In this document: positions 53,548 through 64,000 of the stretch, in pieces | How the letters are laid out: each line of letters starts with the position of its first letter | Position numbering within the stretch: the stretch's first letter is position 1 | From: Botryllus schlosseri | Taxonomy: Eukaryota | Direction of reading: 5' to 3' | Assembly: GCA_051294905.1 (NCBI GenBank) | Contig: CM119371.1 | Coordinates: 28,274,001-28,338,000 of the forward strand | Length of the DNA stretch: 64,000 bases | Translations under genes and position numbers: made by a program | Notes under the pieces: generated by a model | What the model saw: only the letters and a program-made list of their open reading frames with translations | Databases searched by the model: none | What the model was told of the DNA's origin: nothing

Positions 53548-54771
53548 TAGGGGCTCTCAACCAATGGGCCATGGCCACTGTTGGGACAAGGGGTCATGGT
53601 GAGGTGGGTCACAGAGCTATCTGGAAAATTTTAGATTTAGAGAAGGTTTAGTTTTAATAATGTTATCCGCTCGGAACATATATGCAAATTGTCGAATCGT
53701 GTATAGGTAGGCTACATCAAGCCTTTCAGTCGACTCAGATGAGACGTAGTGACACGTATGGAGTCACAATTCACTAGTAGAAAATGGAAGATATACAATC
53801 GCATCTTTTGGCTACACCCATGTTGACAACCTACGGCCAACAGCAACGAACATAATTTCAATTATTTAATAAGTGGAAGGTAAAGCTGAAGTAATCAAGT
53901 GTTCCTGTACGGATTTACATCGTGTGTCATTTAAAAATCTGTGAATTAAACTCGGACTGAAAGGCATTTGATGTAGATTCACGGTGCTTTTGTATTATTG
54001 CAACATAAATTGTGTCACAATGGCAATTTATTATCAACATCCCGAGGAGGTATACGGCAGCACAGCAACCAATCGTATTGGATTAATGATTTAGAGCAGC
54101 GCCTAAATCTTGTTGGTGTCGGCCTAAAGATGTCTGGCCTAAAAATCGTTGTGGGCTACATAATAGAGTCGCATGAATTGTTTGTATGATTGTATTGAAT
54201 GTTCTGACATCGCAAATTCAGTAGTTCCACGATATACGCACAGCTTGCATAATAAAAATCCTCTTTCCACTTCTCTGTAGTGACCAATTAATCGATACCA
54301 CGTTAAGAATTGTTTGAAGCGGGCCTAGAATCGATCCGCTACCACAGTTTCCCCACCATAGTGGGACTAAAACCCCAATCACACAAACTGAGTTCGTGAT
54401 TGCGGGGATTCGATAGTTGTGTTTCGCGACGTTCGTTGAACAGTGGAGAGCCATAATGTACACAAGAGTTACACAGGCTACCAGGACCGTAAGTACCGCA
54501 TCCTAAATCGCTCCAATGAGGGAATGGATGAGATTTATTTAACCTGAAAATTTTCTTCGCGTGACTTCATGACGCTAAAATTCTAGATTTCATTATGAGT
54601 ATCGATTATAGGAAGACAAATGCGAATATTTCAGAGAAATAAGGCATATCGGCGTCGGCAATTACCACTCATTGAGCAGGGCTATGACTCTACTGGGCTA
54701 AAAGAGGTGGGCCACAGAACATTTTCTAATGGCAAAATGAGCCATGGCCATAAAAATGATAGGAGCCCCTG
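53548..54771. mobile_element. hAT-type MITE
   Basis: taggggctc/gagcccctg termini, gccatggcc motifs, TSD gtctaacg/gtctagcg. Confidence 0.8.
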
Positions 54772-57700
54772 GTCTAGCGTCTAGCTAGCCGAAGTCAAAT
54801 ATTCAAATGTTTCAGATTTCCATTGCAACCGAAGATTCACATATCTTTGCGTAGCTTGCCACTGCCACCTAGCCACGCTGACATAAACGTATGTGACGCT
54901 ATTAATCGAATGTGGGTCTCCTCGAATGAATTGGGTATTTTTTAATGCTAATTTGCATCGATAAAGCAACTTCTCAAATTACTTCTATCGAAATTTTGCA
55001 GCCATATAATGTAAGTAAAATACTCTCATCAACAAGTATATTCTTTCAAGAATAAATACAATTGAAAATATGAAATGGCGAGAAAAGGTCCGTTACACAC
55101 GAACTCGCCAGCTCCAGCTGATGAGAACACGTCAAACCCGCGAAATAACGATTCTTGAATCATACTGAGTTGTCATTAAACAAAAGCATGCCCAAATCGT
55201 CAAACGAGAAATTTGCTCGGCAATTTGCAGCATTTTCAGTGATTTGCGTATTGAGATTGAGCAGTTTAAAGTTTTTGTAGCCTATGAGGTTACTCACATT
55301 ACCTAAACTCGCATGATCGGATCATATCAAGAAAATAAAAACTATAATCTCGCGTGGTGTCGGGGCTTTATATCGCCTTCAAAATGAAATTCCTCATCAA
55401 ACCTGCATACCAGTCTGATATGCCTTAATTCACTGCTATCTCATTTATGGGATCTTCGTTTGCGGGCCTGCTGCTACAAAACATCTGTGTAAATTGCAAT
55501 TCTTGCAAACCCGAGCCATACGAATTCGCTTTCGGAAATTTAGACATGAAAAATATAATAGGATATGTCGAAGCGTTTGAATATTAAAAGTGGACGACAT
55601 ATTCAAATTTAAGGTAATGAAATTTATGCATAGCTACCATTAGGATGAACTGCCACAACATTTTGATAATCTGCGCAACTTACCTTGAGATACCCACCCA
55701 CATCACATCAGATTTTCTTCTAAATTTTCTCTGTCTGTGCAACACCACTCTACCAGTCTAATGAAAAATCCAATCAGTTTTATTAGTGTCAATATTAGGA
55801 ATAAGCTACTACCTAATCTCCGTAATTTAGACTCTTGTGCGATTAAAAAAAAATGTGTTCATTCTCTTATCTATAACTAGCGCTAAATTGTATTTGTATT
55901 GCATTTCGAATCGTTCCATGTTACCGTGTGTTGTTTTGCTTTTCGTTTCCTATTTTTTTTTTCATTTATTAGTTGTCAGCTGTGATAGTTGCTCCTGTCC
56001 TGGGTGGCTCGGCTCTGAAGACTCTGTCATATCGAGCCTCCCGTCTACCTTGCATGTCGCATTTCACTGTGTTGAATTTATGTTGTGTGATGTTGATAAG
56101 TAGTGTAACCGAATAAAGACTCTCGCTCTAACCAAAATGCGTCTGACAGGATTTTCATTACAGGTTCATCATATTGATTTGCGAGAGAACAAATTATCAG
56201 TGGAAGCGCTAGGGTCGTTTCTCGGACTTCGTCAGAATCAACCGAAGTATTTGGACTGGAAAGTGAGTATGATGGTTCAGTCATAACTTTGGTAATGAAT
56301 AGTTGATGGGAAACAAAAATATGCAGTTAACTATTATGATGGATGTTCTCCCAGTCGCCTTAGGTTCTGATCTTCTGATTCAGGTCGTTCGATCAACGCT
56401 GGCAATGCCGATTGCAACTTCTTCAATCAAACCTTATATGTCCCGTCAAATCAAATTGATGAAGGAAAGTGGCTTCATCAAGATGCACGACGAAGAAAAA
56501 GAGTTTAAAGGACGATTCCACGAAGAGGTCAGATACCTGGACCACTTCTATCCAGTAGGCCTAGGGGTCGGATAAGCTCTACTGGATTACTAGTAGAAGT
56601 AACGATGTTTACGATGTATCAAGAGTAATTCAAGTTGATGTGAAAATGGATGGTTTGAAAAGCACTGAAGTAAGTAGTTTCGAAAATAGATTTGAGCGGA
56701 AGCTTCGCAAACGAGTAGTAGCAAGTGGACGGCGGTCTACATTGGAAATGAAATGTTTCATCGTTGCGACCGATACAATAGGACAGAGCACGATACATCA
56801 GTTGCTTTTAACTGAAGTGCTATTTGGAATGGTGAAGGGTGCCGCGAAATATTGAGATTTCCCAAGATACGGTCTATTACTTTGTTTAGCTTTAAACATT
56901 CAGGTGCGGATCATATAATTCTCAAACCTGGTGATGTTGAGGCTTGTGTCTGAAAAAGCACTCACTAACATTCGTCAATATAAGTATACTGCGATACTGC
57001 TTGTCTAGAGTCCTCGTAATTTCCCAATGCGGCGAATTGCTGAATTTGTCTCAAGCTATTGTTAAATTAATGAGTTTCCTACACCATTAGAAGAATATGA
57101 TTCTCTCGTGCAAACAAATAACATGAATGAAGAGAGATAATAATCAGTGTATAAACTTATCTTCGTTGTTGGTAGCACATAGATGATAATGCGACAGCCG
57201 ACAGGCATACATCAATTGATGTATCAGGCATATGATATGATATGATAATTGTGTATTCGGACGGGGGAGTTCGACTCTTTGCTGCAACAAATCTACCATT
57301 TAACGCCTTTTGATGAAGATATATGCACGGTCATATTAAATGAAATGATTAAAATATGAAATGAATTATTGCCATCGCTACTGAACTAATGAAAGGTTCG
57401 AATGAATGCCCGCCTCCTCCGAAAAATGTTGCCTGAATAAACGCGGTCATGCTCTCGTTCACTTGTTCATGCAATCTGACGTCCTCACATGCCAGTTTGA
57501 TCCGCTTCATGACGTCTCAGACACACTTCGCCAAAATGTAAAAGTCAAAAGTCAAAAGATGAGTCCAAAACTTCGTGTTCGTTACATTCCAAAAGGGAGC
57601 TGGAAGTAATTATGAGCGTATCGTTGCTATTCTTTAATCTGGATGCGTGCAACCTGTGGGTGCATGATCATATTCTTAATGCACCAGAACAAGCCAAGTC

Positions 57701-58242
57701 ATATTAAGATAAGGGTGATAAAAAGAATTTAAAATACATTAAGTTTACCATTGTTTTGAACTATGATGGCGAATAATTGTTTGTGAAATAATCGTCACTT
57801 TATCATTACCTAATATCAACAAATCCAATGAAGCAGCATGTATTAACAGTGCAATTCACTGCTTTCCATTTAGAAAACATAGACAAGATTTTTTAATTAG
57901 CCCGCCAACGTATTTTCCGCTTTTTATTTGGCGCTGGGGGGAAACAATTACTCACCCCTGGTTTTGACTATGAGTCAATTTTCTGATACATTTCTAGTTT
58001 TACCGGTATATCTAATCACCTGGGCCAAGAAAGGATTAGGAATTCATGCAAGATCGATAATAATTACACGAAATTCGCTTACCCTAAAACATTGGTTATT
58101 ATTCGGTGTTCCACGGAAGACTGGGGCATCCGTGAGCCAGTCTCAAGGGCTCCGCTGAGGCCAAGAGATACATACACTCAATTCATATATATTATTTGTG
58201 ATGATACGCCCGTCTTAGCCATCATGCGTTGCAGGTAATTAG

Positions 58243-58767
58243 TAGGGATGGTGTGAACGTGAGGTTCACGTTTGCGTTCTGTGTGTGAACCTCGGAAATT
58301 TAGAGGTTCACGCTCAGAAACGAACCTTGGTAGGTTCTGCACTGTGAACCTTTTTCATGTAGCATACAATTTTTACTGCATTATTATATATCTCGTTGAA
58401 ATTTATTGCATTTCAACTGCGGGCCATTCTATGCATGGCGCTGGCAGCATAAAAAATTAACACTATACGAACATGCACCCTGACAATCTCAAAAATTTTA
58501 CTTGCTTTGTTACAAAACTTTGCTCGAAATAGTCAGCTTTCCATTTGTTAATATTTAATGACTCTCTACTGTGTGCCTGACCCGCAATGACACAACATCA
58601 ATAGCGAAATACACTACATGTAGTCAGCGAATGATGCTTATTTAACTAAATTGATATCGTAGTCTGATGTAAGAAAAAATCTAGCAGGTGTACGGGGTCA
58701 ATGTTGACTTCATATGCCTATTGTATCATAAAAACAAAATCTGTGCGATTGGGGTGTTGGCTACTGG
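58243..58767 (+). mobile_element. tagggatgg-family element, 5' part, truncated at a SINE
   Basis: Collinear with 33010-33530. Confidence 0.85.
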
Positions 58768-58969
58768 TGTTTGTTTGTTTTTGGGGTATTCATGGTGTTT
58801 GTCGACTACTATGGTCATTTACATCAGGCCGATATTCTTCTTATTTCCGTAACTACCGACTTATAGCACGGCCCACCTCTAGGCTTAGGGTAACACACCG
58901 TTGACGCGGATGAGGTGGCGTGGAGGAGCCTAGGTAAACCTCCAACACTTAGGTATCGGAATTCGGAAG
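58768..58969 (-). mobile_element. SINE copy lacking the tRNA head
   Basis: Reverse complement of ~62282-62482, including the (AAAC)n tail. Confidence 0.85.
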
Positions 58970-59316
58970 GGAGAGGAGGTTGGGGTTCGAAATCGAAACC
59001 CCGTTCTTCTGAAATGTCAATTCGATCTCCATTTTAAAGCTTAAAGCTTAAAGCTTAATTAAGGAATTGGTATCACGCTGTTGCGCTTTAACCAGATAAT
59101 ACGATGACATTTCAAGGTGATGCCTCGCATTTTCAATTCGGCATTAGAAAGAAAACATCGGAAGTCACGTTGATTTCCAATAAATATTAATAACAATGTT
59201 ATCGTTTTGTGTGTATATTGTATTTTAATGGTTTGTCCTTTTATCACTCTGCTGATGCGCAGGTAGCTTTGTGCACCATTAACTTGTAGTATAGCGTAAT
59301 GTATTAGATGTGTAGT

Positions 59317-61258
59317 CAGTGGCGGCTCGTCCTATAGGGCAACTGGGGCATTGCCCCACCTAAAATTCTGTTCAATAACAATTCTTTACCATTTATAGAC
59401 GCACACCTATCTATATAAACCGAAATCACAGCGAAAATCGTATACTTCTTGTCCTTTCGCTTGTAAATGCCCATATATAGCGAAGTCTCTGCGAAAATCG
59501 AATCCTCTTCTGTGTTTTCGCTTTGCGAATGCCTAGCCGGGGCTTGCCCCGGTTGCGCTCATAACAAGCTTTGACTGTCTATTCTCTCAAAGCCGCGCAC
59601 AATAAAGAAACGGTGATTTACTCTCTCCTATTCATAAAATTACCGAGCAACCGGGGCTCAATAGGTCTGTGCCCCTAAGGTGTGATGTAACAATCGTATC
59701 TATATCTGAACTCGGTTACCGTCATATGCGTTTAGTCGACCTTTGCTGGTATAGGTCGATTTTGATGGTGTTTCACACCATGAAAACTCTTGAAACTTGG
59801 TATGTCAGGTCGTGATGGTGGTATTCAACATTGCCCCAAGTTTCAGGGTTTCTACTTAAAGTTTAGGGTAGTAAATCCGTTTCCGAAGTTGAGTGTGTGC
59901 TGATCCGTCATGTATCGCAAACAGATTTTACTCGAAAGCCGGTATTGGTATCCATTGATTTTGACGATGTTCAATACTGAGATCGGTTATGACATTTGGC
60001 ACGGTAAGTCTTAATGTTAGTATCGAACGCTGTACCAAGTTTCAAGTTTGTCACTGAACTATGTTAGTGGTAATTTCGTTTCCTAAGTCGAGTGAGAGCT
60101 GACTCGTCATTTATCGCTAACAGATTTTACGCAAAGCCGGTATTGGTCTCTATTGATTTTAACGATTCTCCTTACCTAGATCTGTCATGAGATTTTGCAC
60201 GGTGTGTTTTGATTTTAGTATCGAACGCTGTGCCAAGTCTCAAGGTTGACACTCAATGATTACGGCAGTAATTTCGTTATCAAGGTCGAATATGGTAGAG
60301 ATGTGCTCAGATCTGACACTTTAGCCTACAACGCATTGCGGATTTCACGCAAAAGCCGGTGTATCTGTGGTAACGTTAACTGTGTTCCATACTGAGATAG
60401 GTGACGAGATGATGATATCATTCTCATTTGCATTCAAATATTTACTTTGATATTATATTCTCCAATGTCAATTTCACCGTGAAATTGTGGCCTTCAAGCC
60501 ATTTGCTTACAACCCCCTGTCAAGCGCGACAGCTATTTCGTTTTCGATGTCGGCTAACAGCTGATCACTTGATCAGCCTGTTCCTCAGTAAATTTTACGC
60601 AAAATTCGGTCTGTTTGCATTATTTTGACAGTGTACCATACCAAAAAGGGCCATGAGGCTACTTCTCGATGATGTCATGTAACAGTGTACGGCTTTCACC
60701 CACGTATATATTCGGTAATATATTTTCCAAAGGCGATTTCGCAGCAGACCTATAGACAGTAATAAAACCATATGTGTCGTGTTACAGTCTCCAGTTTCAA
60801 GGCCAAAATCTCCTATGCTGTACCGAGACCGAGTTTCCGAGACTGCTATTCTTGGTTCTTCAGAATGATGTTTTGGATTCAATATGACAGGCCCAATGTA
60901 TGAGATAACAATTGGGTACGTGTCCGAACTCGTTGACCTTTCCAATTAGGCTTACGCAATCTCTCGAGTTATAGTCATTTCCATTTCTGCAGATAATTAG
61001 TCAGGTCTAGTGCGAACATGAACCGCGTTGAATCTTTGTTCCGTACGCCGTTTACGCAGTTACCACACTTCAAGTCACAGCTCACCGGCAGACCTCTCGT
61101 GGCACATACGTTAAAATCACTGTTGTCGGGAAATTCATGTTACCGTAACATCATTAAGTTACTTGTTTACGTTGGAAAACGTCATTGTGACGTCATGTTG
61201 ATAAAAAGTCGCTTGCAGCCCTTGCCCCACCATCCGATATTGTCACGAGCCGCCACTG
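59317..61258. mobile_element. hAT-type element containing ~200-bp degenerate tandem units (~59720-60410)
   Basis: Perfect 14-bp TIR cagtggcggctcgt/acgagccgccactg; perfect TSD tgtgtagt. Confidence 0.9.
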
Positions 61259-61600
61259 TGTGTAGTTACAGATGGGTGATGTGGTAGAATTTTCATTTAA
61301 TGACTTAGCTAAAATTCGGGGTTCCACAATGTCATGCATATTAACGAAAGTATTTAGCGCAGTGGCTCCCAAAGTGAGTGCCAACGCCCCCTGGGACGTT
61401 CGCGAGCGCCAAGGGGGCGCTGGCCATGACATGGGCGATTGGGAGCGGTGACTATTAAAGTGGACGGTAGGGGGGCTGAGAGCAGAGGGGACGGTGTAGG
61501 TTCAGAATGAAACTGGGGTGTAGTGTTGAAACGATTGATGAATAAAACAGCGTAATACGCACTAGAAATGCAAAATCGATACAGGCAGGACAATTTAGGG

Positions 61601-62919
61601 CAGTGTTCCCAAACTTTTTTCAGGTACCGCCCCCTGGACAACGAATAAAGTGCCAGCAGTGTATTATTACCATCATTCTAGTCATATTAGGTTTGAGTTT
61701 TGATAAGAACAATCTCATTCTGAAATCTCCTGACTCCATGTTTCGTACTGTCAAGTCGGTTTCTGCTGTGAGTCAGAAACTTGAACGCACCACTGAAAAT
61801 ATGTTCTTTCAAATATGAGCGGGGAAGGGAAACTACGAAAAGCTCCACCACACTCCAGTGAGAGTATTTCTATTCAGTTCCACACGATAGATTGAAGATA
61901 TTGAACTTTCGGTTCAACTAAAAATTGTTCTACACATCAATATAATCAACTCCTCAAATATTTCATACTCGCAAACTTAACAGAATTGATTGATAATCCG
62001 GCAAGGAATTGGTAATTGGAATATATCCTGTAATCAAATCAACATATGACATATTTTCTGATATGACGTATTTATGATTCTTCATCAAATCGGGTATTCG
62101 AGCTGGAGCGGTAGCTCCTGAAAGCTTTTAAAATTGGAACAGGTCACCTGTCGCAAACTTTCGGTGAAATATCACGGGCTTATCAGTTATCACTGAATCC
62201 GGAATGGCGGCGAGATAGCGCAGTGGTATAGTCCGCGGCTGCAACACCAATGGGTGCGGGTTCGAGTCCGACCGAGGTCGACTTCTGAATTCCGGTACCT
62301 AAGTGTTGGAGGTTTACCTAGGCTCCTCCTCGCCACCTCATCCGCGTCAGCGGTGTCTTACAAAAGCCTAGAGGCGGGCCATGCTATAAGTCGGCAGTTA
62401 CGGAAAATAAGAAGAATATCGGCCTGGTGTAAAGACCATAGTAGTCGACAAACACCATGAATACCCCAAAAGAAACAAACAAACTGAATCCGGACAGCGT
62501 CCGTTTCTCCTTTATCAGGTTCCATCATTTCTTAGAACAGATATATTCTACTCATAAATTTTGAACCAGGCTTTCTAGGGATTTTACCGACTGCTAAACT
62601 AGCCCGTTGAATTAGTATATTTATTGATAGGCAGGATCAACATTGTCATATAACAATGGACTTTCCGGTACAGCTGAATAAATAGACGACCCTAAATTGC
62701 CCAGACTGAATCGATTTTGCATTTTTAATGCGTATTTAGCTGCTTTATTTATCAAACGTTCAACCTGGCACAGCAGTTGCCTTCTAAACCTACACATATG
62801 CTCTCAGCGCCCCTTACTGCCCAATTTTACAACCAGTGCCCCCAATCGCCTATTTTCTTGCCAGCGCCCCCTTCACGCTGGCGAACGCCCACAGGGGGTG
62901 CTGGCGTTGCAAACCACTG
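61601..62919 (+). mobile_element. Same-family hAT copy inserted in inverted orientation into 61360-63973
   Basis: cagtgttcccaaac...caaaccactg; TSD atttaggg/agttaggg. Confidence 0.85.
62204..62482 (+). mobile_element. Full-length tRNA-derived SINE
   Basis: Pol III A box tagcgcagtgg, B box ggttcgagtcc, unique body, 3' hairpin and (AAAC)n tail; 12-bp TSD actgaatccgga. Confidence 0.9.
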
Positions 62920-64000
62920 AGTTAGGGCTGTCCGTCTATTTAATCAGATGTACAGGAAAAGTCCATCGTTACTTGACAATGTCGATCCTGCCCATCAATC
63001 GACTGATTTAGCAGTCGGCTGAATCCCTAGAAATTGTGAAGTAGGAAGTATTTGAGCAGTTATTGCTCCCTGCGAGGTGTGATGACTTTCTAAAATAAGC
63101 TATGTCTTGCGGGATTTTAATCTCTGTTTCGGACGATCTTGGATTTTCCACAGTGCTGCGACCGTTGCCTTCGACACGGCGTTCCTAGTTGCGAGAAATG
63201 ACATAGCTTCTACTGGACGGGCATATTCACCAAAATTTATTAGCAAAATAGATCCGCGATGAAACCAGAGCAAGGTGAAAAGGCACTGTTCGCAATCAGT
63301 GATGAGTCAGTAATATATTAGCGAAAGTTCGCATGATGTGAACTGTTGTAATTCCCCAGCTTCCCAGAGCTACCGGTTCAGTTCGCAACCCAATTTTCAT
63401 AGAGAAGCATGAATAAATCATCTCGAAAAACTGTGTAAGGACATGGTGATTTGATTCCAGGATTCCAACCAATCGGAAATTCCTTACTCTATCATCAATC
63501 CATCGTGTAAAGTTTCCGATCATGAAATGATCAAGGACCGATGATTACATTTTAGAACTTTTATGAGTTCAAACCAAAGATCCGAACAATCGTTCTGGAT
63601 ATACAATCAAATCAAATAGTAATACTCTCACTGGAGTCGGGTTGACTTTTTTGTCGCTGTCCCTCCCACTCATATTTGAAAAGGTGTTTTCAGTGCCGTG
63701 GCAAAGTTTCTGACTCACTGCAAAAACTGACTTGACAGTACGGGACGTGGACAATGGAGATTTCAGAATGAAATTGTTCTTTCAAAACTCAAACCTCATA
63801 TGACGAGGAAGATGTTAATAATAATACACAAGCATCATCCGCTTCATTATTAACTGTAATAAATGAAGAACAAGTTTCGTTTTATTATTAGACGTTACGA
63901 GGGGATGTCGGGGGCGCTGGCACTTTTTTTGCTGTCCAGAGGGCGGTAGCTCAAAAAAGTTTGGGAAACACTGGTTCAGCAGATTAGTAAATATTAAGAA

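Larger units (their letters stand above)
61360..63973 (-). mobile_element. hAT-type element, host copy
   Basis: cagtggctcccaaa/tttgggaaacactg; TSD atttagcg/gttcagca (5/8); reverse-complement homologue of 61601-62919. Confidence 0.8.

Noticed and set aside
55800..57700. Cluster of short ORFs as downstream LRR exons of gene B or a decayed retroelement
   Set aside because: No LRR-like phase-0 exons or convincing RT/endonuclease motifs were found. Gene B's remaining exons probably lie beyond the window.
62206..62285. Functional tRNA gene
   Set aside because: The cloverleaf stems are imperfect, there is no oligo-T terminator, and it is embedded in a repeated unit with a tail and TSD, so it is a SINE head.
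62305..62460. HDV-like ribozyme (ggctcctcctcgcc) or hammerhead (ctgatg... in the minus copy) inside the SINE
   Set aside because: The GG after P1 and a proper P2 partner are missing for HDV, and the CUGANGA/GAAA core is not intact for a hammerhead.

Overview
AT-rich eukaryotic (animal) genomic DNA. The style suggests a marine invertebrate such as an ascidian, but this is inference and cannot be proven from the window. The protein-coding content is two tandem paralogous NLR-type (NACHT plus degenerate LRR) gene models on the + strand, split by ~19-22 kb introns. Gene A contributes its 3' part (3390-24241). Gene B contributes a short N-terminus, a 1.36-kb NACHT exon at 47996-49354 and the next exon at 51067-51368. 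All exon models were called by eye from GT/AG signals, intron phase and open frames. Most of the remainder is a nested stack of non-autonomous DNA transposons. These include many hAT-type elements with 8-bp target site duplications (TSDs), one Academ-type element and foldback elements with CTAT...ATAG termini and 5-bp TSDs. There is also a 5'-truncated, frameshifted L2/CR1-group LINE and two copies of a tRNA-derived SINE. Most short ORFs in the supplied track are artefacts of these repeats. No prokaryotic features, CRISPR arrays or rRNA were seen.
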